Part shown: positions 1 to 9,711 of the stretch, piece after piece | How the letters are laid out: the number at the start of each line of letters is the position of its first letter | Position numbering within the stretch: position 1 is the first letter of the stretch | Notes under the pieces: generated by a model | What the model was told of the DNA's origin: nothing | The model's input: the letters and a program-made list of their open reading frames with translations, nothing else | Database searches by the model: none | Position numbers and translations under genes: made by a program | Assembly: GCA_963735595.1 (NCBI GenBank) | Contig: CAVTLK010000004.1 | Coordinates: forward strand, 320,001 to 384,000 | DNA from: an uncultured delta proteobacterium | GTDB taxonomy: Bacteria; Desulfobacterota; Zymogenia; Zymogenales; Zymogenaceae | Reading direction: 5' to 3' | Length of the DNA stretch: 64,000 nt

Positions 1-1
1 A

Positions 2-427
2 AAGATTGTTACAGATGACATTATGATTACCGATACAAACATGTATGAATTCTATTATGACTATGTCAAAGAGAATAGGGTTGAACCCTACTATGGCATG
101 CATAAAGGACAGTTCAATAGGATGCTCCTCGACGGAGAAAAAGTTAGATTTGAATATTGCGACTGTGGGAACGCCATGCATTTGTCGCTTTCTAGATCAA
201 AAGATAAATACAATGAATGGCAGAATCTTTTTTATCATTATGAAATAGATATAAGAAAGGAATCGAGTACAACGACATCTTTCAGAGTACAAACGAAGTT
301 CTGGACAGAGCTGTTTACATTCGGTGGAATATACTTCTCTTATGAAGGTATTTGGGACTGCTATTCCACAGGGGAATACGAAAAGAAGCTAATTGAAGAA
401 GTAAAGACGAAATACTTAAAGAAGTAG
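2..427 (+). CDS. Hypothetical protein, AT-rich, probably 5'-truncated by the window edge
   Basis: ORF 23..427; the same frame is open back to position 2 (KIVTDDI-M). Much more AT-rich than the rest of the window. No recognisable motif. Confidence 0.6.
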   Translation, partial: KIVTDDIMITDTNMYEFYYDYVKENRVEPYYGMHKGQFNRMLLDGEKVRFEYCDCGNAMHLSLSRSKDKYNEWQNLFYHYEIDIRKESSTTTSFRVQTKFWTELFTFGGIYFSYEGIWDCYSTGEYEKKLIEEVKTKYLKK

Positions 428-590
428 TACCCCTTACTTAAGTTGTGCGATTCGTAGAGTTGGTTTCAACTTTTTCAACAACAAATCGAGCCGGTAGTTT
501 TGTTTCCTCGCAATGGGAGAGAGTCGAATCTGATTCTCCCGCCGCTTCACGGCAAATACCCCAGGTCAGGCATATTCCCGTACGTAATTA

Positions 591-1223
591 TCAAGAGCTG
601 CGTCGAGTTGAGGCCGTAGGAAAAGGTCCCGGGTCCGCGCGCCACATCGTCTCCAGCGCCCGGATCAGGTCGGCCGTGCTGTCGTAGGGGCGGCTTATCC
701 TCCCGTCGGTAAACCCGTCGGGGTAGCCCTGCAGGTAGTATTCCTTTCGCGTGGCCTCGTCGTGAAACAGCACGATCCGGTGGTCGAATATCTCGCCCCC
801 ACGCCGGAAATGCATTTCGAGCACGTCGACGGTATACCCCATCTTCTCCAGGGCGCTGCCGATAAACAGCGAATAGTCCTCGCAGTCGCCGCTCCGGTCA
901 TACATAAACCGGCGGACGCTCTTGAGCCTGTCTTGCTTATCCTCCTGATATCTGAAATTGGAGAAAACGTAGGCCTCGACATCCTTCGGGGTTTTGAACG
1001 TCGCGACGAGATTATTAAACGGGTCCTTGCTTGCGGTCCTCATGTGCTGGGCGGGTTGGGCGGGAAGGGCAATTGACGCAATGAGCAATAGTATTACCGA
1101 TATTGAGGCGGCCAATGCTATCGAAGGATTATGTCTTCCGGTTAGATTATCCCACGTATCAAAAGGGGCGTATTGTTTCGTAATCACCTTCTTGCCGGAT
1201 ACTCCCCGTTTTGCGGACACCAT
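591..1223 (-). CDS. Transglutaminase-like cysteine peptidase domain protein, probably exported or membrane-anchored
   Basis: GDCEDY motif followed by DHRIVLF; hydrophobic segment IALAASISVILLLIASIALPA. Start uncertain; the ORF-track extension to 1553 runs through palindromic repeats. Confidence 0.6.
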   Translation of the reverse strand: MVSAKRGVSGKKVITKQYAPFDTWDNLTGRHNPSIALAASISVILLLIASIALPAQPAQHMRTASKDPFNNLVATFKTPKDVEAYVFSNFRYQEDKQDRLKSVRRFMYDRSGDCEDYSLFIGSALEKMGYTVDVLEMHFRRGGEIFDHRIVLFHDEATRKEYYLQGYPDGFTDGRISRPYDSTADLIRALETMWRADPGPFPTASTRRSS

Positions 1224-1267
1224 ATGTGGTGTCCCTACGGGTCCAAACAGGTAACGGGTTGCAGGCC

Positions 1268-1293
1268 GTAGGGGCACGATACATCGTGCCCGT
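1268..1293 (+). repeat. GTAG-type REP-like palindrome
   Basis: GTAGGGGCACGATACATCGTGCCC: GTAG foot followed by stem GGGCACGAT/ATCGTGCCC. Confidence 0.6.
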
Positions 1294-1314
1294 TCTGATA
1301 CGTATGCGGGCGGC

Positions 1315-1604
1315 GAGGTTGCCGTGGCCCCTAACGGGGCCTCGCAATGACAATAATAATCGCCGCCTGAGGCGGCATTGTTAAGCGTTGCCGCTCCGAC
1401 GGGATACCGGATTACGGTGACAGTCAGGGGATTGCTTCGTCGGCTACGCCTCCTCGCAATGACGGCGAAGTATGCGGGCGGTGCGGAGGCCGTCTCCCCG
1501 CGACACGAACTAGGGTGATAAGCAGGGGTTCGACCATCACCCCACAAATGCAAGCATTTGTGGGGGCCCCGATGAAGGGGCTACCCCGCACCCCTCGCAA
1601 TGAC
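1315..1604. repeat. Cluster of three palindromic elements ending in CCTCGCAATGAC
   Basis: Copies at about 1315-1351 and 1429-1463 (GGATTGCTTCGTCGGCTACGCCTCCTCGCAATGAC), plus one ending at 1604. An inner hairpin CCCCACAAATGC-AA-GCATTTGTGGGG lies at about 1540-1565. Confidence 0.65.
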
Positions 1605-1629
1605 GATGGCTCGACAACCCCCGATCAGA

Positions 1630-3222
1630 TCACTCCTCCTCGATCTCGCTCAGGATGCTTTTTATCACCCCCAGCCGGTCGGAGACCTTCTTCCTGCCCG
1701 CGATGCCCTTCTTCTCGATCGTGTCGATCCTCTCCTTGATATAGGCCAGGTCCTTCTTGAACTTCCCGGAGAATATCTCGATTTTTTCGCCCGCCTCCGT
1801 GACCGAGAGCGACCGGAATTCCTTTCCGGGAAGGAGCTGTACCGTCTCTCCCCAGTCGGGCACGTAGGTCTTGAGCGAAAGCTCGCCGGTGAGCGTGCGG
1901 GCAAAGTCGAACGCCGCCCGCTCCTCCCCGTGTATCACAAACGTCATGGGGTCGGCCCCCCGAAAGTGCGATGCCCAGTCAAGGAGACCGTCCCGGTCGG
2001 CGTGGGCGGACAGGCCGTTGATGGTGTAGATCTTGGCGTTTACCTGGATCTCCTCTCCGAAAATACGGACCATGTCGTCCCCGTTGACGATGCGCCGGCC
2101 CAGTGTGCCCTCGGCCTGGAAGCCGACGAAGATTATCGTGGTCTCGGGCCGCCAGAGGTTGTGGCGCAGGTGGTGCTTGATCCTGCCGCCGTCGCACATC
2201 CCGGACGAGGAGATGATAACGGCGCTTCCCTTGAGCGTGTTGACCGCCATCGATTCCTCGGTGGAGCGGGTGAATTTCAGTGCCGGGATGTCCAGCGGGC
2301 GCTTCCCCTCGGCCATCAGGTCGTTGATGTCCTGGTCGAAGCAGTCGGGGTTGTTCTTGATGATCTGCGTCGCCGAGGTGGCCATGGGGCTGTCGACGAT
2401 GATCGGCACGTTCGGGAGCTTTCCCGCGCGCGACAGCTCGGCCAGGTAGTAGATGATCTCCTGGGTCCTGCCAACCGCAAAGGACGGGATGATGACCTTG
2501 CCGCCCCGGCCGATCGTTGCCAGCAGCGCCTCGGTGAATTCCTCCTTGCTCTCCTCGATGGTCTTGTGCAGGCGGTTGCCGTAGGTGGATTCGATAAACA
2601 GGAAATCGGCCTCGGTGATCACCGAGGGGTCCCGGATGATGGGCTGGCCGCTGGTGCCCACGTCGCCCGAAAAGACAAGCTTGGTCTTCTTGCCCCCGGT
2701 ATCCGCCCATATCTCCAGCATGCCGGAGCCCAGGATGTGCCCCGCGTCCCGAAAGACCACCTCGATCCCCGGTACGGGCGAGACCTTTTTGTCGTAGGCG
2801 ACCGGCTCGAAATGCGTCATGGCGCGCTCGGCGTCCCTGACGGTGTAGAGGGGAGGGGTATCGCCGATGCCGCGGCGCCGGTTCTTGCTCGTCTTCCAGC
2901 GCGATTCCATCTCCTGGATATGGGCGCTGTCTGCCAGCATCAGACCGCAGAGGTCGGTCGTGGCGCGGGTGGCGTGGATGCGGCCCGAAAAACCGTCCCT
3001 GACGAGCTTCGGGATCAGGCCGCTGTGGTCGATATGGGCATGCGTCAGGACGACCGCGTCGATATCTCGCGGGTCGTAGATCGTCTCGAGGTAGTTACGG
3101 GCAACGAGGTCCCGCCTGCCCTGAAACATCCCGCAGTCGACCAGGACGTTGGCAGAGTCGGTGGAAATCAGGAACGAAGAGCCGGTGACGGTGCGCGCAC
3201 CGCCGATAAAGCTGATTTTCAT
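1630..3222 (-). CDS. MBL-fold beta-CASP RNA-processing metallo-hydrolase (YSH1/COG1236-like)
   Basis: VTGS, VDCGMFQG, THAHIDHSG, AGHILGS, FSGD, ESTYG and SAHAD motifs. Confidence 0.9.
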   Translation of the reverse strand: MKISFIGGARTVTGSSFLISTDSANVLVDCGMFQGRRDLVARNYLETIYDPRDIDAVVLTHAHIDHSGLIPKLVRDGFSGRIHATRATTDLCGLMLADSAHIQEMESRWKTSKNRRRGIGDTPPLYTVRDAERAMTHFEPVAYDKKVSPVPGIEVVFRDAGHILGSGMLEIWADTGGKKTKLVFSGDVGTSGQPIIRDPSVITEADFLFIESTYGNRLHKTIEESKEEFTEALLATIGRGGKVIIPSFAVGRTQEIIYYLAELSRAGKLPNVPIIVDSPMATSATQIIKNNPDCFDQDINDLMAEGKRPLDIPALKFTRSTEESMAVNTLKGSAVIISSSGMCDGGRIKHHLRHNLWRPETTIIFVGFQAEGTLGRRIVNGDDMVRIFGEEIQVNAKIYTINGLSAHADRDGLLDWASHFRGADPMTFVIHGEERAAFDFARTLTGELSLKTYVPDWGETVQLLPGKEFRSLSVTEAGEKIEIFSGKFKKDLAYIKERIDTIEKKGIAGRKKVSDRLGVIKSILSEIEEE

Positions 3223-3518
3223 GATATACCCGATACATGGATGAAAAGGTAGTCTAAATCATACCAGAGGGCGGGCCGCCTTTCAACAGATTTGATCAGC
3301 GGGTCGGACGGGCAAACGTCTCACAACAAAGTCACGATGACAAATAGCGGACGATAGATATGAGGAGGAGGCGTAAGCCCATCGTCCGGGGTTTGGCTTT
3401 TGGCCTTGACCGGCCGCCGGTTGTGTGATACCTAATTATATAGGGTAATACGCAGCGTTTTTACCGGTGCGATCCTGAAACGAGGAACGACCGGGGAGGG
3501 CCGGGAGGAATTTCCATT

Positions 3519-4768
3519 TTGTCCGACTCCGATTATCCGAAACTGCGCAACGTCGAGTTTGTCCCCACCAGCGTCGGGGGGAGGCAGGGGCTCGTGCTCC
3601 GGGACCCGTTTCTCTATACGGACAAGATCCTCTTTATCCCCCGGGAGGTGGTGGGCATCATCCAGTTCTTCGACGGCACCAAGACCTACCGTCAGATCCA
3701 GGAGGAGATACTGAGCCGCTCCGGCAGCAAGGTTGACGCGGGAGACATCAAGAAGGTCGCCGACGAGCTGGAATCAAGCCACTACCTGGTCAGCGAATCG
3801 TTCCTGAAACAGAAGCGCCGCGTCGACGAGGACTTCTTCGGATCGCCCGTCCGCCGGCCTGCCCATGCGGGGGCGGGCTACCGGGCCGAGCCGGACGAGC
3901 TCAGGGCAGAGCTGTCGTCCTATTTCGCCGCGGCGGGCACCGCCGCCGAAGAGCCGGGCCAGACGGCACGCCCGGCAACGGGCTTGTCGCCGCCATCGCC
4001 CCGCACATCAGCATCAACGCCGGGGGCGCCAGCTTCGCGCGCGTTTACGAGGCGATCAGGGCCGCGGGGCCGGCCGATCTCTACGTTATCCTCGGCGTGG
4101 GGCACGCCGGCATCGAAGACCTCTTTGCCGGCACGAAAAAGGAGTTCGCTACCCCGTTGGGACCCGTCGCCACCGACCGCGCCTTCATGGACGACCTCTC
4201 GCGGCGCTTCGGCGACCGGCTCTTTTCGGGCGAGATGCTCCACCGGACCGAGCACACCATCGAATTCCAGACGATATTCCTGAAATACGTCTTCGGGGAC
4301 GCGCCCTTTGCCATCGCGCCGATTTTGACCTCCTTTCCCCATACGATCTTCACCCACGACCGGTTTTCGGCGGTCAGGGAGGTGGCGGAACAGTTCATCG
4401 AGGCGCTCAAGGCGGCCCTGGCGGCCTACCGGGGCCGGGCGGTGGTGCTGGCCTCGGTCGATTTCGCGCACGTGGGGATCAAATACGGGGATGAAGAGCC
4501 CCCGACCGAACAAGAGATCGAACGGGTAAACGAACAGGACCGCCGTATGATCGAGATCATCGCGGCGGGCGACCCGAAGGGATTTCTCGAACACATCGCC
4601 GCCGACGACGACCGGCGCAGGATATGCGGCTTTCCGGCGATCTATACGATGCTCTCGGTCATCGACGGCGCAAAGGGCAGGCTTATCTCGTACGACAGCA
4701 CGGTGATGGACGAGGAGCGCTCCACCGTCACCTTTGCGGCAATGACGTTCGGCTCCGGTTGGAAATAG
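3519..4768 (+). CDS. AmmeMemoRadiSam system protein B (MEMO1 family) with N-terminal extension; frameshift near 3982
   Basis: Joined frames give RRPAHAGAGY...IAPHIS...LGVGH...EHTIEFQ...ASVDFAHVG...ICGFPAI. Confidence 0.8.
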
Positions 4769-4818
4769 AAGGCCTCATCGAAACCAGTCGTGCTCAAACG
4801 GGCCCGTAGGGCTCAATC

Positions 4819-6072
4819 GTGGCGACGGGCGAGACGAGGGCGCCGGGCCCTTACGATAGTCAGACAATCAACGGCAGACAGGGGGAAACCGCCATTTTCA
4901 GACGATCAAAAAAGACCCTTCTCGTCGTCCCCGTGGGATTTGAGGCGTTCAACTACGGGCCGGGCCACCCGCTGAGGTGGGAGCGGGTAACCTACGCGAT
5001 GGAGCTGATCCATGAATACGGGATGGACGAGCTGGCGAACGCGCTCTATATTTCCCCGCCTCCCGCAACCGAACAGGACGTCCTCTCGTATCACGACCCC
5101 GACTACGTAGCGGCGCTCAAGACGGCCAACAACGGTCACTACCTTCCGGAGCTGGAAAAATATAACATCGGCCCCGGCGATAACCCGGTCTTCCCCGGGA
5201 TATTCGACTTTTCCCTGGCGGTGCTGGGCAACTCCCTTGCGGCCGCCCGGGCCGTGGCCGAGGGGACGGCGTGGGCCGCGTTCAACATGGCCGGCGGGAT
5301 GCACCACTCCATGCGCGACAAGGCGGCGGGTTTTTGCTTCGTCAACGACATCGTCATAGCGATCAACTACCTGCTCTCAAAACGGCTCAAGGTGATGTAC
5401 GTGGACATCGACGCCCACCACGGAGACGGCGTCCAGGCCGCCTTTTACGATACCGACCGGGTTTTGACCCTCTCGTTTCATGAAAGCGGAAAATCGCTCT
5501 TCCCCGGGACCGGCTTCACCGGGGAGCTCGGCCGGGAAAAGGGGAGGGGCTATTCGATCAATGTCCCGCTGCGCTACGGGACCGACGACCGGACGTTTAC
5601 CTGGGCGTTTGACGATATCTTTATACCGATCATAGAGAAATTCTCCCCCGACGTGCTCGTATCGCAGGTCGGGTGCGATATGATGCTTACCGATCCCCTG
5701 GCAAACCTCAACCTGACCTCACAGGGGTACCTCCACGCCATTACCACGATGCGCAAGCACGCAAAACGGTGGATCGCGCTGGGCGGCGGCGGTTATAACC
5801 ATTTCAATACCGCCCGGCTCTGGACGATGGTCTGGGCGGTGATGAACGACCTGCCGATCCCGGATAAACTCCCCGACCGGTTCGTGCAAAAGGCTAAGGA
5901 GGAGGGGTTTGACCTCCAGGGGCTTTCCGATCACCCGTTTCGACTCGACGAATGGCGGAAGCAGGAGGTGATGATTGAGGCGGGAAAGAGCATCCGGGAC
6001 GTCCAGCGGGACATCTTCGGCCTGCTCAAGATCAAGATGAAGAAACGGTTCTTCGACGATATCTTTTCGTAA
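4819..6072 (+). CDS. acuC: AcuC / histone-deacetylase-family deacetylase
   Basis: GPGHPL, AGGMHH, GFCFVND, DIDAHHGDGVQ, LFPGTG and GGGGY motifs. Start uncertain. Confidence 0.85.
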   Translation: MATGETRAPGPYDSQTINGRQGETAIFRRSKKTLLVVPVGFEAFNYGPGHPLRWERVTYAMELIHEYGMDELANALYISPPPATEQDVLSYHDPDYVAALKTANNGHYLPELEKYNIGPGDNPVFPGIFDFSLAVLGNSLAAARAVAEGTAWAAFNMAGGMHHSMRDKAAGFCFVNDIVIAINYLLSKRLKVMYVDIDAHHGDGVQAAFYDTDRVLTLSFHESGKSLFPGTGFTGELGREKGRGYSINVPLRYGTDDRTFTWAFDDIFIPIIEKFSPDVLVSQVGCDMMLTDPLANLNLTSQGYLHAITTMRKHAKRWIALGGGGYNHFNTARLWTMVWAVMNDLPIPDKLPDRFVQKAKEEGFDLQGLSDHPFRLDEWRKQEVMIEAGKSIRDVQRDIFGLLKIKMKKRFFDDIFS

Positions 6073-6176
6073 TGCGACCCGTCTCCGGGCCGCCTTTCTT
6101 CCCGAAATAGCCGTTTGTTTTATGGGGGAACCGGCAGGCTTTCCCCCTTTGGATTTTACTCGGTTTGGAGCGGCGC

Positions 6177-7745
6177 ATGCCCCTGACCAGGATTATCGAG
6201 GAGCTGAGCAATCGGCGCGCCTATCCCCACGGCCCTAAGACGGTGCGCGTCATGCAGACCCATATCTCGGTTGTCTTTATTGCCGATGACCTCGTATTCA
6301 AGATCAAAAAACCGGTCAGCTTCGGATTCCTGGACTTCTCCGACCTGGACCGGCGCAAGTACTACTGCAATGAGGAAGTCAGGCTCAACAAGAGGCTCTG
6401 CCCCGATATCTACCTCGGGGTCGTCCCGGTTACCGACGACGGGACGGGGGCCGTGATCGAGGGTACAGGCCCGGTCGTCGAATACGCCGTCAAAATGAAA
6501 CGGCTCCCGGAAGATTGTATGATGGACGGCCTGCTTTCCCGCGGCGCGGTTTCGGCCGGCGACGTGGGCCGGATAGCCGACGTCCTCGTCCCTTTTTACC
6601 GCGGTGCCCTAAGCAGCCCGAGGGTCGACCGATTCGGGGCCATGCCGGTCATCGGGCTCAATTGCGACGAGAACTTCAACCAGACGCGGCCCTACGTCGG
6701 GAAAACGATATCTCCCGAGCTCTTCGAAGGCGTCAAGGAGTTTACGGAGCATACCTTCAAGACGAAGGCCGATCTCTTCGAAGAGCGGGTACGGGGCGGG
6801 TTCATACGGGAGGGACACGGCGACCTCCATTCCCGAAACATCTGCGTAACGCCGGAGAACGTCTATATCTATGACTGCATCGAGTTCAACGAGCGGTTCA
6901 GGATGGGCGACGTTGCCCAGGATATCGCGTTTCTTTCCATGGACCTCGACTTCTTCCGGTATCCCGCCCTGTCGCGCGCCTTTATCGACGCGTACGTCGC
7001 CCGGTCGGGCGATACGGGCCTTGCCGGTCTCGTCGGTTTTTACGCCTGCTACCATGCCTTTTCGCGGGGCAAGGTCATCAGCTTTGAGCTGGGGGAGGCC
7101 GAGATAGATAGCGAGGAGAAAGAGCGGGCGGCCGCAAGCGCCCGCGCCTACTTTCACCTGGCCCACCACTATGCGGTCAGGGAGACGAGCCCTTTTCTCG
7201 TGATTACCTTCGGGCTGGCAGGGACCGGGAAGAGCGGGATCGCCGACGACCTCGCCCGAGAGATGGGGCTTGAGATCATCCGGTCCGACGAGGTGAGAAA
7301 GGAGATCGCCGGGGTCGATCGAGAAGAACACCATTACGGGCGGTTCGGGGAGGGTATCTACTCGCGGCGCATGACCGAAAAGACCTACGAAGCCATGTTC
7401 GACCGGGCCAAGCGGATGCTCGCGGATAACCGGTCGGTGATCCTGGACGCCTGTTTCCTCGCGGAGCGCGAGAGAAAGCGCGCCCGTGAGATCGCCGAAG
7501 AGACGGGGTCGCGCTTTACCATCATCGCGGTGACCGCTCCCGACGAGGTCGTGAAAAAGAGGATTTCCCAACGGATGAAGGAAAAGAGCGTATCGGATGC
7601 GACCCTTGAGGTGTATCTCAAGCAGAAGATCGTCTGCCAGCCGTTGACCGGCCGCGAACAGGCCGATGCCCTCGGCCTGGATACGACCCACGACCAACGG
7701 GACAACGTGCGCGCTGCCGTCGGACGGCTGCTGCTGGCCCCATAG
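6177..7745 (+). CDS. Aminoglycoside-phosphotransferase-like kinase fused to a P-loop (AAA_33) kinase
   Basis: QTHIS, KIKKPV and HGDLHSRNI...DCIEF kinase motifs; C-terminal Walker A GLAGTGKS and RSDEVRK. Confidence 0.85.
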   Translation: MPLTRIIEELSNRRAYPHGPKTVRVMQTHISVVFIADDLVFKIKKPVSFGFLDFSDLDRRKYYCNEEVRLNKRLCPDIYLGVVPVTDDGTGAVIEGTGPVVEYAVKMKRLPEDCMMDGLLSRGAVSAGDVGRIADVLVPFYRGALSSPRVDRFGAMPVIGLNCDENFNQTRPYVGKTISPELFEGVKEFTEHTFKTKADLFEERVRGGFIREGHGDLHSRNICVTPENVYIYDCIEFNERFRMGDVAQDIAFLSMDLDFFRYPALSRAFIDAYVARSGDTGLAGLVGFYACYHAFSRGKVISFELGEAEIDSEEKERAAASARAYFHLAHHYAVRETSPFLVITFGLAGTGKSGIADDLAREMGLEIIRSDEVRKEIAGVDREEHHYGRFGEGIYSRRMTEKTYEAMFDRAKRMLADNRSVILDACFLAERERKRAREIAEETGSRFTIIAVTAPDEVVKKRISQRMKEKSVSDATLEVYLKQKIVCQPLTGREQADALGLDTTHDQRDNVRAAVGRLLLAP

Positions 7746-7788
7746 CGGGGTGTGACCGTATTCACAGAATGAAAGGTGGTTACCTGAG

Positions 7789-8796
7789 ATGATAGTAAGA
7801 ACCGGCGCCGCTTCGAAACGCTACGATGTCTGCGGAATCGGCAGCCCGCTGCTCGATTTTATCGTCGAGGTGGACGACGGCCTGCTTGCCGAGATCGACA
7901 TGCAAAAGGGGCACATGCACCTTATCGACGAAGAGCAGAGCGGGCGCATCCTCGGCATGATCGAGAAGGGCTACCGGGTCAAGACCGCGCCGGGCGGCTC
8001 GTCGGCCAATACGCTGGCCTGCGTCGCCGCGCTCGGGGGCAGCGCCGTCTTTCTGGGTAAGATCGGGGACGACTACCACGGGACGGTATACGAACAGAGC
8101 ACCGTGGACTCCGGCGTCCAGTCGCGGCTGAGCAGGCACCAATCGGGGATAACCGGGCACGCGATCACCTTCATCACGCCGGATTCGGAGCGGACATTCG
8201 CGACCCATCTGGGGGCGGCGCTCCACTTCCGAAAGGACGACGTCTTCGACGAGGATATCAGGCAGAGCCGAATCCTGCACATTGAGGGATATCAGCTGGA
8301 AGACCCGGAGCTCAAGGAGACATGCGTTCACGCAATGGAGGTCGCGCGTAACTCGGGGGGTAAGGTTTCCATTGACCTTGCCGACCCCGCGCTCATCGGC
8401 AGGAACCTCGAGCCGATCAGGGACCTGGTGAGAGAACGGGCCGATATTATCTTCGTCAACGAAATGGAGGCGCGGGCCTTTACCGGGCTTTCCGACGAGG
8501 AACAAGCGCTGGCCGCGATATATGATATGTGCGAGGTGGCCGTGGTCAAGCTCGGCGACCGGGGAAGCCTCATCGAGGCAGACGGACGGGTCATCAGGGT
8601 GCCGATCTACCCGGTGGCGGTCGTCAACAGCAACGGGGCGGGAGACGCCTACGCGGCCGGTATCCTCTTTTCCATCGCGCGCGGCATAGACTTCGAGCGG
8701 GCGGGAAGGATTGCGGCCTACGTTGCAGCCCAGGTCGTCGGCAGCGTCAGCGCCCGGCCGGAGCGGAACCTGGCCGTCGAGATAGAGAATCTTTAA
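7789..8796 (+). CDS. PfkB-family carbohydrate/adenosine kinase
   Basis: PGGSSANT, NEMEA and NSNGAGDAYAAG signatures. Confidence 0.85.
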   Translation: MIVRTGAASKRYDVCGIGSPLLDFIVEVDDGLLAEIDMQKGHMHLIDEEQSGRILGMIEKGYRVKTAPGGSSANTLACVAALGGSAVFLGKIGDDYHGTVYEQSTVDSGVQSRLSRHQSGITGHAITFITPDSERTFATHLGAALHFRKDDVFDEDIRQSRILHIEGYQLEDPELKETCVHAMEVARNSGGKVSIDLADPALIGRNLEPIRDLVRERADIIFVNEMEARAFTGLSDEEQALAAIYDMCEVAVVKLGDRGSLIEADGRVIRVPIYPVAVVNSNGAGDAYAAGILFSIARGIDFERAGRIAAYVAAQVVGSVSARPERNLAVEIENL

Positions 8797-8819
8797 CGTA
8801 TATCCACAAGGAGAACAAC

Positions 8820-9527
8820 ATGAAACTCAAGAGAAAAAATCCGATCTTCTTAGTCGCCTTTTTAGCGGCGGCAATGTGCCTGCTGTCCGTGTCCGCCTTC
8901 GCCCAGGCCGGGGGCGCGTCGCTGACGATCCCGAAGCGGGGGTATGCCCCCGGGGAGTCGATCACCGCAACGTTTAATGCGCCTCCCGGCCTTCCCAACA
9001 ATGCCTGGGTGGGAGTCATCCCCTCGTCGGTCCCGCACGGAAGCGAAGTGACCAACGACCAGAACGATATCTCCTACAAGTACCTGGAGGGCAAGACCTA
9101 CGGAACCCTCGTATTTACCGCACCCACTACTCCGGGCAACTACGACCTGCGGATGAACAGCTCGGATAACAGCGGGGCCGAGCTGACCTACGTTTCCTTT
9201 ACCGTGTCGGGCGGCGCGGCGCCCTCCCCGGCTTCGCTGAGCCTGAATACGTACAGCGTATCTCCCGGGGGGTCGATCGCCGTAACTTTTAGCGCCCCGG
9301 CGGGGCTTTCCTCCAACGCGTGGATCGGGATAATCCCCTCGTGGGTGGCCCACGGCAGCGAGGCGACCAACGATCAGTACGACCTGTCCTATCAATACCT
9401 CCAGGGAAGGACCTCGGGCACGCTCTACTTCAGCGCTCCGACGACTCCCGGCTCGTACGACTTCCGCATGCACAGCACCGATGACAACGGGACGGAGCTG
9501 ACGTCCGTCACCTTTAGCGTCAGGTAG
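8820..9527 (+). CDS. Secreted protein with two tandem ~105-aa Ig-like/beta-sandwich repeats
   Basis: RBS AAGGAG before ATG 8820; signal peptide ending SAFA-Q; repeat NAW(V/I)G(V/I)IPS..HGSE.TNDQ...APTTPG.YD.RM with a 315-nt period. Confidence 0.8.
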   Translation: MKLKRKNPIFLVAFLAAAMCLLSVSAFAQAGGASLTIPKRGYAPGESITATFNAPPGLPNNAWVGVIPSSVPHGSEVTNDQNDISYKYLEGKTYGTLVFTAPTTPGNYDLRMNSSDNSGAELTYVSFTVSGGAAPSPASLSLNTYSVSPGGSIAVTFSAPAGLSSNAWIGIIPSWVAHGSEATNDQYDLSYQYLQGRTSGTLYFSAPTTPGSYDFRMHSTDDNGTELTSVTFSVR

Positions 9528-9550
9528 GCCGCCGGCCTATACGCTCACCA

Positions 9551-9606
9551 GGGGGTCTCGATTAACCGCGCCGCGGGGCGGTGAAAGATCGAGACCCCCT
9601 TTTTTT
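9551..9606 (+). terminator. Intrinsic terminator
   Basis: Stem GGGGGTCTCGAT/ATCGAGACCCCC followed by a run of seven T. Confidence 0.8.
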
Positions 9607-9653
9607 GTCCGGCCGCCCGCCCGAAATCGGGCCGACGGGTACGGCCACTCATT

Positions 9654-9681
9654 TTGCTTGAGAAATCCCCAAAAATATGAT
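9654..9681 (+). promoter_or_regulatory. Possible sigma70 promoter of selA
   Basis: TTGCTT-16 nt-TATGAT, 30 nt upstream of ATG 9712. Confidence 0.4.
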
Positions 9682-9711
9682 AGAGTTTCACGCAAATTAC
9701 CGAGTGGCGTC

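Noticed and set aside
1268..1604. CRISPR array
   Set aside because: The repeats are heterogeneous and irregularly spaced, and there are no cas genes.
1600..3252. Long antisense ORFs (for example 1600..3252, 31297..32916, 49307..50608, 17526..18854)
   Set aside because: These are shadow ORFs opposite well-supported genes, expected in GC-rich DNA, and carry no motifs.
9530..9710. tRNA-Sec (selC) next to selA
   Set aside because: I could not find a cloverleaf with a TCA anticodon; the structure present is a terminator hairpin.
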